A DNA stretch of 60,999 bases, counting the filler, from Rhabdomonas costata (lineage: Eukaryota), in assembly GCA_019059605.1 (NCBI GenBank). It is 18 parts of 18 records of this genome, joined end to end, with 100 filler letters (N's around TTAATTAATTAA, not from the genome) between each part and the next. Parts side by side here need not be neighbours in the genome. Positions count along the whole stretch, not along the records: positions 1 to 3,298 come from JAHMHO010001036.1; positions 3,399 to 6,694 come from JAHMHO010001037.1; positions 6,795 to 10,090 come from JAHMHO010001038.1; positions 10,191 to 13,485 come from JAHMHO010001039.1; 14 more parts are not named here. One strand, written 5' to 3'. Below the pieces are notes generated by a model that worked only from the letters and a program-made list of their open reading frames with translations, was not told the DNA's origin and searched no databases. Below are positions 1 to 12,151 of the stretch, one piece after another (the stretch's first letter is position 1; every line of letters begins with the position of its first letter). The position numbers and the translations under genes were made by a program.

Positions 1-2296
1 GTGGGTTCTGGCAGGCGAGCCTCTTGCGGTAGGAAGGGGTGATGATGATGCGGAGTAAAGCGTTGCCGTTCATCCTTTGCGAGATTCTGAGAGCTTCCCT
101 CTTGCAACGTATGTTCAGGGAAGTGGTGCGGCTCAAGGAAGGTCCAGGGTTGGCATGCACGAATGAACATCTGTCCTCTGCTTGAGGTTGTTTGCGTCCT
201 GAGAAGGAAATGCGAACGGTGAGTGATGGGCAACAATGCCCTTGCAAACAACGCCGGACCGAGGTCGTGGCGGAGCGCAGATCTGTTGCACAGCAAGAGG
301 AACGGCATCGTCGTTTTTCAGTGCTTTTGCTGGGCATACTCCAGCCCTGGAGCTTCATGCTGCAGAAAGGTTCTAAAGCTAAAAACTCCCAAGCGCTCTC
401 TTGCACCTCTCCTTCCCTCCGCTGTGAACTTCCTTCCACTCTCTTTACCTCCCCCGCCTCCTGCTCCTGCTTCAACATCATTTCTCCTTTCTTTTCGGAA
501 TTGTCCTGCCTGCGTGTTCCTGCCTCCGCCGCCCGTTCTTTGCTGTGAAAAATTGGTTGTCTCGGTTTTGCTGCTTCTCTCTCTCTTTATTGTACGCACT
601 CTGATATGCACGCGCTTCCTGCGCAGTTGCTTCCCCAAGTAGATGTGAGGCGACTATGCAGTGAGGGGATGAGACAGCATTGGAAGGAGAGGGGCCCATG
701 TCGCTTCCTGTCATGCCTCCAACTGTCTCACGACACGCACACACACATACATACACACACAGGGCGCCTTGCCGCGGTGTGCTTCGTGGACGACACGACG
801 GGCGTCGGAGTGAGGGAGTGCGCCGTGCCCATTCACACGCACACGCACACATACACACAGTTGCACACAAGGTTACACACGTTCACACAAACCGCTGATG
901 CTGCCCCCCCCAGCGCAGCTCTTAGGCCGACAGGAAAGGGGCGAAAATGTTGTTGTGTCTTGCTGCATGCCTGTGCACTTCAAGTAAGGCGGGGTACGGG
1001 GTACGTCGCTGACTTTTGTCGGCCGACTTCCTTCGGACGGAAAATTGCTTCCGCAGTTGGGGGGTTGTCGTGTGCCAAGGGCCCCAACAACTAAACGAAT
1101 GCAGTTCTTCGGCAGACCAGCTGATTGTTGACCTCGTGGCTTTTTTTTTCGTGGATTTCTCCTGCCACATGGCAATGGTGCATTTTTTGGTGACGGATGT
1201 GGGGCGCATAGAGACATGTGTGTGTGGAGACCAAGTGTCTAGTAGCGTGTGAATATCGTGACTAAACCTTTGGATGCCGTCTTCGAGGATCCTCGTGTTG
1301 CCGGCTCCAGTTGACTGTAGATGGCACACTTATCGCAAGGAAAGGTCGTGTTGGCATCGCTTGGACGTCCTCTGCGTTATCTGCCGTGACAGGTCCTGAG
1401 AGAAAGTCACGCTTACACCCACACTTCGCAGTGCAGTTTATGGCAAATTGTGTTTTTACCTCGCGCGACAAAGGCGCATACGAACACGCACACACGCACA
1501 CATACCAATGGCGTGTTTCTTGTGAAATCCGTAATTAGTGGATGGTCCTGGGAATGGTCCTTGTGCCTGTTCCAAGGTAATCACACCCCGTCGCGAGTAC
1601 ATCGTTTCGTGCGGTTCTTGCCCAACGAACCGAAAAATGCAATGCCTCACTACACCAACTGCAGTGCTGCCGCTGAAGTGAGAGGGAGTGCGAAGTTAGA
1701 AGCACTGTGTAAGTGGTATGGAGGTCCCGGGAAAAATAGCAGCTTGAGCTCCTGTCTAGATGGGCGGTTGAGTGGGTGGTGTGGTGCTGTCTTTCGTGCA
1801 GCGTTTACTCTTTGCATGCTTTTCGTGTGATCGATGTCAACCTGAGGTTTTGCCTTCAAAAGGTTGCCCGTGCTGACCGATGCCCCCACCTCCCTTCACA
1901 CGCAAGCAAGTTCACTCGTCTTGCACGCTCCTTCTGGTTGCCCATTTTCCATCCCATCCTCACTACATTGGTCCCTTTGACCCCGCATTTGGGGTGCGAT
2001 GCTGAATGTATGGTTCTCGGTTGTCAGGGGGTCAAATCAGCCTTTGTTTCTGGCCCTGAACCCAGATTTCCCCACCTCCGCTTCGGGACAGGCTGTAGTT
2101 CCCGAGATTGCCTTGCTTCGTTTGGGTCTTTTCTCTTTTTGAAACGACTGTGCGGCTTCGGTCCCCTAAGGTGATCTAGCGTGGGTCTCTGCTTGGCAGT
2201 CTCCCGATGTGTGGCATCCCCCCCCCAAAGGAGTAAAGATCCTGAACGACTTTCAACGTTTGACGGTGCCTGTATCCCGAAAAAGACTCCATCGCG

Positions 2297-3280
2297 ATGG
2301 CGGAGGCGGCGGACTTTGGGGACATCGCAGATGTCTCCCACTCCACCGCGTTCATGACCCTGGACTCCCTTGTCGGTGTGTAGATATATGTTTGCACCAT
2401 TGAGGCTTCTGAAGAAGGTGATCCGCCCCGGCCAGGTGGCGGAAAATTTTTCAAAGCCTGTCTGAAAGCAGATTGATCATTCATTTGAATGACCTGCCAC
2501 GGGCACGCAGTGCGTTTGTTTCTTTTGGTCTTTGTGTGTGTAGATCAAAAGAAGATCGTCGATGAGCGCTCCAACACCCTGAAGGAGAAGTACAAGCAGC
2601 TCCACGACAAAGTGCTCCAGATATACCGCAATGACAACTTCCTTCTGAAGAGGTTTTTGTAGGGTGGTGGTGATGGGAGGCGTGTCTGGTGCATTGAGGG
2701 GTTTCCTCGCTCTCCTCACTCCACGTCGTTGCCTCTGTGAATGCAAAGGGGCCCCAGAGGTTTCAATGTTTCGGTATAAGTTCTGACCGCTCCGCTGTAC
2801 AGAAAATGTATCTGGGTGACCCTTTGCAAGGTGAACGGCCATGCTTCTTCTGTATTGACACCCTGTTGAAGTGGTTCACTCTGCGCACGCTCTGTCACAC
2901 AGGGCAAAGATCATTCGCAAGGAGCTCGACACCGAGAAGGCGAAAGTGGAGAAGTGCGGGGAGGTCGCCAAAGGTCAACTTCCCAGCTTCATGTATTCCC
3001 AGCTTCAGTTGGGCAGAGCAGAGCGGAATTGGTGCCATGCCCCAGTGGGGGCAATGAACTCAAATCACCAAGCATCACAGAACGTCACATCACTGCAAGT
3101 GCATCTGTGCTGCTCTTGAGACATGTCTTCAATGCCTCAGAGGATGACGCCTCAATCCAGAAGCTGAAGAGGGAGCTGGCGATTGCGGAGAATGAGCTCT
3201 CCGTTGCCCAGGAGCGGGAAAGCATGCTGCAGGTCGAGTCCTTTGAGCTGCACAAGCGGAAGAGCGCCCTACAAAACGAG
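2297..3280 (+). CDS. CCDC146: CCDC146/MBO2-like axonemal coiled-coil protein, 5' part (exons 2297-2375, 2544-2652, 2903-2973, 3141-3280; truncated by scaffold end)
   Basis: Phase-consistent GT-AG splicing gives MAEAADFGDIADVSHSTAFMTLDSLVDQKKIVDERSNTLKEKYKQLHDKVLQIYRNDNFLLKRAKIIRKELDTEK...IQKLKRELAIAENELSVAQERE. This resembles the recalled CCDC146 N-terminus (AF..L..L...K......LK.KY..LHD.V......LL..AK). Confidence 0.75.
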
Positions 3281-3298
3281 GTCGTGCCCCACCAACCC

Positions 3299-3398
3299 NN
3301 NNNNNNNNNNNNNNNNNNNNNNNNNNNNNNNNNNNNNNNNNNTTAATTAATTAANNNNNNNNNNNNNNNNNNNNNNNNNNNNNNNNNNNNNNNNNNNN
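3299..3398. other. Artificial scaffold linker N44-TTAATTAATTAA-N44 (first of 17)
   Basis: Identical 100-bp linkers with stops in all frames start at 3299, 6695, 10091, 13486, 16881, 20277, 23682, 27075, 30471, 33864, 37257, 40648, 44029, 47417, 50831, 54219 and 57607. Internal N gaps lie at 21741-21976 and 28328-29155. Confidence 0.98.
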
Positions 3399-6300
3399 TT
3401 GTTGGGGGATGAACGGCCCGTTGCCCACCTCCACGCGGGCGTAGAACGCGCCGTCGGGGGAGTTCTCGTTGGTGACCAGCACACGGTACCCGAAGTCGTA
3501 CCAGTCGTCGGCCTTGGCGGCACCTGGGCCCACCTTGGGCTTGAACCGCCCTGCAATGGTGCAGGCGTACACCCCTGAGGCGATCGCGCTGCACTTCGTG
3601 AAGTCCGGGATGTTCACCCAGTGGGCCAGGGTGAAGTCCGGGTAGTTGAAGTACGGGTTGTTCCCGGCGACGTTGGCCGCCATGAACGGCTTCCCGGAGA
3701 CCTTCAGCGCGTGGAACGGGCCGGAGCCCACCCCATACGGGGAAGGTCCGTAGCCGTCCGTGGGCCACTTAGAGGGAATCACCAGCTTGCCGATGCTGAA
3801 GGTGTCGTGAGGGGTGGCCAGGCTCGCGGTGTTGTCGAAGGACCACTCGTCGCACAGCTTGGCCGGGGTGTGCAGGGCGGTGTATGTGTAGGTGCATTGC
3901 GTCGCCGTGGTGATGAAGCACAGCGCCTGCACGAACTTTGAGGAGCCGACCTGCCCAAAGGTCAGCTCCACGGGCACCACCTGGGAGTCCTGCGAGCCCA
4001 GATCGAACGGCGGAGTCACGCACTGCACCACCGTGCTGTTGATGCTGGTAATGGGGCAGTTCAGGCCGCCAAGGGAAACCGTGATGTTCGGCAGGGTGGG
4101 GTCGAACCCACTGCCGTACAGGGTGAGGTTCTGGTATCCTCGGGAGTTCCCACCCGGTGGGGAAATCGCGGTGATGATCGGGCTGAAGCTGGAGCTGGAG
4201 CTCGCCTGGTACTGCCCCACAATCCGGGAAACCTCCCAGTTGTCGTTGCACACCCAGAGGTCATCCACGGCCCCACTCAGATGCCAGTCCGCGAAGTCCA
4301 CCCCACCGACCTTGAGCCGGGAGCTGATGGTGTAGCCCACCACCCCCGAACCCACGTTGTGGGACTCGCAGGCCTTGTTCACGCACAGCAGGATCGTGCC
4401 CAGGTTGGTCCCCACGGCCTCGAAGGACACGGCGAAGAAGTACCACGCGTTTGGCACCAGCGCCGCGGAGTGGGTCATCACGGTGTCCGGTAAGACGCCA
4501 GCGTTGCCCACCCGGAATTGAAGCCGGTACCCGCCCGACGCAGTCTGCACCACACTCATCAGGTACCCGTAGGTCCCCAGCGAGGTGTTGTCGTACCGCC
4601 CGGCGATTGCGCAGATCGCCCTGCCCGTGGCCTGGTCAGCCCCACAACCACTGGGGTTGAACAGGGCCCAGGTAATCAGGGTAAAGCCGTTGAGGTAGCC
4701 AAAGTCCACCGAAGTTGCATACGGGGCGTCGGCGTTCTGGGCGACGCTGACCGCGCGGCCGCGAGGGGCGTCGATGTAGGCTGGCAGGAGGTCTGCGAAC
4801 AAAATTGGGGAGCCTGGGGTCTGGTCGGGGAACAGGTTGCTGGTGAAGGCGTAGTGGTTGCACACTTCGACCAGGCCCGGGCCGGAGGACTCGCAGGCGT
4901 CGCCCACCCACTGGCTCTGGCACCGACACACTGCCGCGCCCAGGGGGTTATCCTTGTCCGCGACCCACAGGCATGACCCATGGCCATTGCAGGAGTTGTT
5001 CGCACCACCAGGGCATTCCTGCAAGACGGGGGGGGGGGGGGGATGCGGATGCAAAAATCGGAGTGAGCCGAGGAACCGACCCAAACTCCATTCAAGGTTC
5101 AAGACATGAACAGCACAATGATGATAAGGCGAGCACCAATAACTCTGCTGAGAAGGAGAGGAGAAGAGGTACAGGATATAGAGGGAAGAGGCGAAGGACA
5201 TCGAATCAGAGAAGAGATTCAGCGCAAAGCCAGCGAGTGGGTGAGGGGGAAAGGCTTTCTATCTGACGCTGACGGAGTCCAAGGATTTATAAAACCGAAA
5301 CCCGAGAGAAAATTGGGAAGGTGGCGATGTGAGTAAGAGTGAGTGAAAGAGGGAGTGGGGTCAAACCAGGCTGCAGGTGCTGCCCAGCCACCCTGTGAAG
5401 CACGTGCAAGCTCCCGAGCCGCCGAAGCTGTCGTCGCAGACACCGTGGAGGCATGAATCCGTCCCAGACTGGCAGGTGGACCAGCACGTAGGTCCATAGT
5501 ACCCCGGAGCGCAGTAGCACTTGCCATCCCCATTGATGCCGTCATTACACGTGCTCTGACCACCCAGGCCCATGTTCTTGCACTGGCAACGCTGACTGCA
5601 GTTGGCACCATACCTGAAGGGGAAGGTGTGCACAGGAGAGGCAACATGGTATTCCACAAAGCCGGGGACACAGGAAGCAGAGAAGCAACGGGTGAGACAG
5701 GAGAAGGGAGGAGGGAAGGATCCATACCATCCAGCCACACACTCCGTGCACGCGGCCACTCCGTTCTTGGAAGTCAGCTTGAAGTTCGGGCCGCAGGTGC
5801 ACGTGCCGTCACCGTGGGCGCCGTCATTGCACACCCCGTTGCCCCAACACACCACGGCTGGGCCGGAGGTCTGATTAAGCTGGTAGCTCTGCAGCCACCC
5901 CACCTCAGAGCCACCCAGCACGCCGGGCAGGCCTAAGGGGTACCGCGGCGCCACAAAGCTCCCGGCCACCCCGGTGGGAGACCACAGGTAGCTGCTGTCG
6001 CCGCCCGGGCACGACCCGGTGGCTCCACCGCTGAGCATGTCGCACAGGCAGCCGTTGGGGGCGAAGTAGTCCGTCACCTCGCCCATCACCACCTTCACCG
6101 TGACATTCACCGCGCAGGGCACGGCGGCCACCCAGCTTCCCGTGGTGTCGTTCCAGCCCTGCAGGTAGTACTCCGGGCGCACCACCGGCGCTGTGGCGGT
6201 GATGTGAGCGTACTGCTTCCACACTGCCGTGGCGGTGGTGGTGTCGATCACGAAGAGATCGAAGGCCTGGTTCCAGCGCTGGGTGGCCGTGGGAGAGGTG

Positions 6301-6463
6301 ATGCCGCTGCAGCACCCGCCGCCCAGGCTGCCTCCGCCCCAGAACGAGAGCACGGGACGGCCGTCCGGGACGACGATCCCTGGGCAGGCAATGCTGCACT
6401 GAGCTCCGGCGAAGCCGCTATCGCAGACACACGACTGGGCGTCTGTGGAACACTGGCCATGCC
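3399..6463 (-). CDS. Large extracellular protein fragment: EGF-like repeats + LamG/concanavalin-like domain + IPT/TIG domain + start of a second LamG (exons 6463-5728, 5613-5367, 5018-3399)
   Basis: High-GC3 exons with GT-AG introns. EGF motifs include CNGHGSC...CRCQSQWVGDACE and CLHGVCDD...CTCFTGWLGSTCS. LamG-like motifs are FTLITW, AWYFFAVSF and LSGAVDDLWV. IPT motif is PIITAISPPGGNSRGYQNLTLYGSGF...CPITSINSTVVQCVTPP. Confidence 0.85.
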
Positions 6464-6825
6464 CTGGGAAGCACGGAGGAAAGGGGGTAGCTGCTGGAAA
6501 CCCTCAGCAACATCCAGAAAGACTCAAATCCTAGAATACACATGACCACATATAAATTTCTGCTGAAATTTCTAAAGAATAACTCGAGATTTTCCTGAAC
6601 ATACTCTGCAATTAACGATGTCAAATAACTAAGGTTACTGGGCCGATCCAGTTGTCCAGTTCTCAAGGATACTTTCACTGATGTCACCAACCACNNNNNN
6701 NNNNNNNNNNNNNNNNNNNNNNNNNNNNNNNNNNNNNNTTAATTAATTAANNNNNNNNNNNNNNNNNNNNNNNNNNNNNNNNNNNNNNNNNNNNGTTTGT
6801 TGTTTAATTTCTTTTCAGTTCCACT

Positions 6826-7791
6826 TCTCGTTTGCACATCCAAACAAGGCAATGCCACAAACGGCAACAGCTTCAGCACGGCGGCAAGGGTGTTGTCTCG
6901 GGTAATTTCTTCAAAATGCTGTGGACACACGGGCGGCAAAACCCCAAAACAGGCTTTCTGCTTTCAATCTGCTTTCAAGGATGGCATATGAGGGCACATT
7001 GGCATATGTCCCGGCCTGTGCGCCAGTGTGGTCAGCAGGGCGGTAATTTCAGTTGCAACAGCGCCGCACGTCCGTGGCACAAAATTGTGAAGTGCGAAAC
7101 ACTGAACAAAACTCAGACCTCGTTTGTTCCGTCAATTTTATTGGGACGTTGACAATTGGTTTGACTGGGACTACTTTGACTTTGACTGACCATTCCGGCG
7201 TGACCTCTGATCCTTCCGGAGGCCCCGAGAACTTCTGGAAGATTCTATAAAAACGAATTCATGAGATAGCATAGAACCAAACAATGGCCTACATCCACCC
7301 ACGCTCGTCCAAGGTTCATCATTTGAGGTGACGAGAACGCGAACCTGTTCCATCGTCTTCTGAAGCCAGAGAGTAACTTCGTTCCGCTTGTCGATATTTG
7401 GTATCAGTCGCCGGTTTTCAATGTACTCCCGTGAAAAAGGGTCTGCCAACAGACACACAAACAAAAGTATGAAACCAGTGTGCGAAGCACAGAACACACA
7501 AACAAAAGTATGAAACCAGTGTGCGAAGCACAGACTAAACCAAACTTTTCGGGAACAAATACCCCGCCACTTGTTATTCACTATGGTGTGCTTCGAGACG
7601 GTTCTGCCGCTCGTGGGGAGCACGACGGGGTCCACATAAAGCCGCAAATCAATGGGATCTTGCAAGTGCTCCGGTATTTCGACGGACAGTTGTTGGTGCC
7701 CACTGCGGTTGAATAGCTCCTCGTCCTCTTCCGAAAGCATGGTAAAGTACTCTTGCAGGGGAAGTACAGGGAAGCTTCCGGAGTACAACCG
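6826..7791 (-). CDS. U-box domain-containing exons (7791-7563, 7442-7345, 6918-about 6826); probably the 3' continuation of the CEP164-N gene upstream
   Basis: EIPEHLQDPIDLRLYVDPVVLPTSGRTVSKHTI...DPFSREYIENRRLIPNIDKRNEV matches the U-box pattern (P..F.DPI...LM.DPV.LP.SG.T..R..I......DPF.R......L.PN..L...I). Introns are GT-AG and in phase. Confidence 0.8.
7453..7533 (+). repeat. 41-bp tandem duplication inside the U-box intron
   Basis: ACACACAAACAAAAGTATGAAACCAGTGTGCGAAGCACAGA occurs twice in tandem. Confidence 0.9.
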
Positions 7792-8471
7792 CTATAAAAA
7801 GGGAGCAGCAAATCAACTTCAAATCGATGACGTTTGAGTGCAGCAGACAAAGGAAGAAATGCGGTGAGAAAAGGGCAATTCGAAACAACTGCACATCAAA
7901 CCTTAACCTTTTCTCACAATTCTCGGTTGGCTCAAATTCAGAAAGAAAATTTCTTGTGGATGTCGCTAATTCTTTCATCCAACATCAGACTTCACAAAAA
8001 TTCCTCACACGGCACGCTTGCAACCTTTTGCGACAACTGCGACAAAGACTTTGAATTTAGTGGTACTCGCAATAAGACGTAGAGTAGACGAAGAGTAGAA
8101 TCCTACAATGGGTATCTGGATAAGGGGTATCTGCCAAAACGTCATCCAGGCCATCCACTGCCATCTCCAAAATTTGGGCGGCGTTTCGGCAGATGACTAA
8201 TTCGATGCCGAAAAACCCAAAATATTCGTCGGTTGTTGAGGATTGCTACTTTCTCATGCAAACAACACTGTAGATGTTTCAGACTTGGTCGGCACCGAAC
8301 CAAGTGGCTTCCTTGGACTATGATTCTAAATTTTGTTGTCTGGACTCACGAACGCTGAACAACACAGACAGGGCCATGCGGAAGCACGTGTGGGAATATC
8401 AAATGAAAAAAATTGCACCCTTGAGTATTCAGAAACAATTGTCAAGCGCAGGCACGAAACGGGAAACGAAC

Positions 8472-9826
8472 CATCTTCTTTCTTTTTTTCTCCAGTTTTG
8501 CTTTTTCTTGGCGGAACAAAGCTTTGTAGTAGGCATCCATCGGATGGTCCCAAATCGACTCTCCGTTGCGGATGTTGAAGTAGTAGACCTCTCTGTCTTC
8601 CGTGTAACTGCACAACATTAAAACGCAGCACAATTATTAATCAGAAAACACAACCCTGTGTTGCTCGATGTGTTTAACAGCGGGGAGTTCGTGTTCCGCG
8701 CAAAAAGAAAGCGCGGCACAAAAAAAGTGGAAACGGTTGCAAAGAGGTGTTTTCTGCTTGTTTTACGTCCGCGTCGGTTTCTGCAATGAAAAGATGGCAC
8801 GGAAACACACAATAAGCTGGGTGTGAAGGGTATACACTAGTAGTGATACTGTCAGGTACCGAAATCGGCAAATCCAAGTCACAGTCGAACACGCGGAAGG
8901 AAAATCGAGCTTTTTGTGCTTTTACGTGAGCCGAAAGAGCAACCACGACGGCAAAAGAGAAGACTAACAACATATTATAAAGAAAATCAAACTTTGGGGT
9001 GGGAAAATGAAAAAAGTCCGAACAGAGAGAATGAAAACCATATTTTCCAGTTGTCGGGAAGCGGGGCCTTTAAAGCTTCACGAGCAATCCACATCAGCGC
9101 CCGGTCGTTTTCCGGGTCCATCCCGAGCCATTCACAATACTCTAGTATTTCTGAATAAAGCGAAAACGCAAAAATAAGCAAAAACACGGCAGCAGTGACA
9201 CTAACCAGAAACCGTTACGATAGCAGAACTTCAGGGCTCAAACCGCTGAATTCAGCGACGAACTCCAAACCTCCGCAAAACAGTAGTTTCTTCTTAAGCG
9301 CTAGTTAAGCGTGGAAAATTCAAAATCTCTCTCTTTTTTGACAAAGAGGTTCACGGCACAGCGTCACCACTGTTCAGTGAAAGACCCATGTGCAAACAGC
9401 AAACTGCACACAGCACACAAGGAACAAGAAAAGCCAGGTGGTGAGGGAGACGTGTCCAGAGCTCAGATCGGGGGGAAGCACTCCTGGGGGGCAAAGAGTG
9501 GCAAGGGTGAGGCTTCAAAAAGTGCAGTGTGTATGGGAGAGGGAAAATATCTCTCAATGCAAAGGATGTTATAGTTGAGTGGCGAAATAGCCCTTTCAAC
9601 TTCAGCCAAATGCGGAAAGCTATCCACGTAAATTGTGAGAGAGGAAAGAAGGCAAGAAACCTTGTTCGCTAGGCTCGTACTCTTCATCTTCCATGAACTG
9701 CTCCTCAGCTTCCTCAGCCTGAAGCAGAAGATACTGCACCTTTAACAAAGAAGCCACCCAAAACAAAGCCCCAAAATTGAGACAAAGCCAGAAAAGCACC
9801 TCTTCGCCGTCACCAAGGAAGTACAT
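8472..9826 (-). CDS. CEP164-like N-terminal helical bundle + WW domain (exons 9826-9800, 9718-9661, 9150-9039, 8607-8472)
   Basis: The spliced product EEYEPSEQEILEYCEWLGMDPENDRALMWIAREALKAPLPDNWKICYTEDREVYYFNIRNGESIWDHPMDAYYKALFRQEKAK closely follows the recalled CEP164 N-terminal domain (Y.PSEQEILE.A...G.DP..E..LMWLAREG..APLP..WK.C......YYFN...G.S.WDHP.D..Y). Confidence 0.88.
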
Positions 9827-10248
9827 TTTTCACGACCTACAGCATTACACCCACTTCAATGCAAAATCACAACTCAACAAAAACAAGCGCGGAGAAAAGT
9901 CACAAAAACCTGTGAAAAAAAGGAGTCCTTCCCGTTGCAGGTAAACAAGCTCGAGCAGTTCAAAAGGACGTTTAGGAAAAACATCGAAAGGCGTCCCGGC
10001 GCTTTCAAGCAAATTTCACTAACTTCGTCCACTGGAAAGCGCTAGTGAAACCAGGCAGGAAGCAGGGCCCGAAGAGTGCGAGATAAAGAANNNNNNNNNN
10101 NNNNNNNNNNNNNNNNNNNNNNNNNNNNNNNNNNTTAATTAATTAANNNNNNNNNNNNNNNNNNNNNNNNNNNNNNNNNNNNNNNNNNNNTGTGTTTGTG
10201 GTCCCGCGGTCCTACCACAAAGAAGAGTAGTGCACAAAAGACGCTCAC

Positions 10249-12151
10249 CGGGAGCGTCTCTGGTTCGCCACCAGCAGCAGTGCGGGACTGGCTCGTTCGC
10301 ACAGCATGGAGCAGGTTTGCACAAATACCGCAATGGCCTCCTCGGCGTACAAGCAATCCGCCGCCAGCACAACCAATGGCCCAGCGCAGCTCTCTCGCTG
10401 GGAAAGACGGGGGCGGGGGTTGCGACAAAGGTACAACAAAGCAAACGGAAAAACGTTGAAGAGGGGGACAATGCGATAAAGAAAGACCATAACATCCGCT
10501 AACACTGGGCAAAAGTCCAGGCATGGTATTGTTCCGGTTTTCCGATGTCTAGAAAAGGGGCCATTTCGATTTTTGGATCGCCGCAAAGCACAGAGATACC
10601 TGGTGACAAAAGCTAAAGCAAATTCCTTTTGTTCAGCAGTCAATTAACGGTTAAAACGAGACAAGATCAAAGCTTAGAGGAAAGAGAGACAACAGAGAAA
10701 CCACCTTACAGCAAAGATGCAACAGCGAAATTCCAGGAGCATGTGATACAAACACCACCACACCAGCTTCAGTGCTCCTTCGCGGCCCCAGTCCAACTCC
10801 TGCACCAATAGCCGCACCCCAGCCACCCGGTCACCCAGAAGGTCCACATTTTTCTGGGACAAAGGGCCAAAAGAAAAAGACTTCAGCAGCGGCAGCCGCT
10901 AAATCCGATGTACCGTTTTATTTTAAAAATGCAGCAATGCAGCATAATAAGCGTGTTGGGGGGTGGCAAGTTGGGCAAAAAAAATAAACAGGTGAAAGCT
11001 CAGAAGAAGCAGGCCCGGGGTCTTTTCTGTGTACAGTGGGACCCCCGAAACGCTACATGGCCGGCCCATGCGGTACCCACCCGCGGCCCTTGGGGCGCTT
11101 TCTTTAATTCAAGTTGGGCGACGCAACTGGTGGGGGGATCTCAAAGCGGCCAGACCTGCAAGAGCTTAAGCAGGGGCGCCTGCTCTGTGAGGATAATTGT
11201 GGTCTCCGAGGGTCGAGCGAATTTCAGCAGAGAGGTCGCACCGCCCAAAAGCCCCGTTCCCGAACCCAGCTCAACGATGGTGCGGGCCTTTAAGACCTGA
11301 GAGGAGGTGATACCCTCCTCTGCCTCTTTCCCAAATCACCAAGTAGCAACAGGGGTGGAGCCTGGAGATGGAGGAAATTAAAAGTGTACCGGAACGTTAC
11401 TGATGGTCATTGCTTCATAAAAAAGGGACATGGCTCTGATGGTGCCTCGCACCCGTTTCGCAATCGAAGAGAAAGCCAAAAACGGGGAGAGGAGAGACGA
11501 TGAGTTGACTACAGCGAGTAACGTAACTTTGAGGCGAAAGTTTACTGAAGCTGATATTGTCGCTTCGGTGCCAAAACTCCAATCACAGAATAAAGACACG
11601 CCATAATGTTATGCCTTGATAATCTAATAAATACCGGAAGAAAAGCGCGAACAACAAAACCCAGAAAACAGGCGATTTTTCTACCAACAAGGCAAGCAAA
11701 ATGTACAGTGGACCCAAATGGGTGACAGTGTGGTCTTGGGCAAACACAGTTGGAGAAGAGGACAGGAAGGGGGGGGGGGTTGATTGAAGAGCAGCAGTGG
11801 AAAATTGCAGCAAGGGAACCGTTGCTGGAGGGAGAGGTGTATCATGGGGACGTGCAGCACGTCTCACCCAACTGAGGGGTAAGACGAGATTGAGAACACC
11901 TAAACCCCGAAGCGAAAGCTGCGCCCACCGCCCGGGTCAAAAAGTGAGAGAAGAACACAACTTCATAGGTTGCGACGTCACCAGCTTTACATGTTCGTTA
12001 GTGTAACGCGGCAACGCGCATGCACACCAATTCACACCTCTCCACAAATCTCGCTCCCCGCAAGGTGCAGGTACCGGGCCAGCATCAGCGCCGACTGAGA
12101 GACAAAGGTACCCACTCCCCCGCCCCCATCCGGGTCCTGCAGCAGCTCCAT
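10249..12151 (-). CDS. Class I SAM-dependent protein methyltransferase, Methyltransf_16 (METTL21/22-like) (exons 12151-12038, 11296-11156, 10853-10764, 10397-10249; 3' truncated, start uncertain)
   Basis: Motifs appear in family order: QDPDGGGGVGTFVSQSALMLARYL, motif I TIVELGSGTGLLG, IILTEQ, ELDWG, VVLAADCLY. Introns are canonical and in phase. Confidence 0.85.

Noticed and set aside
1141-1155. T-run followed by CG, similar to the 3' end of euglenid spliced leaders
   Set aside because: It is not followed by a GT donor or SL RNA structure, and such T-runs are common here.
1-2200. Possible minus-strand gene divergent from CCDC146
   Set aside because: Some exon-like segments exist, but I found no recognisable product or consistent splice model.
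3343-6545. Multiple overlapping antisense and alternate-frame ORFs
   Set aside because: They are shadow ORFs caused by the high GC3 of the real minus-strand gene.
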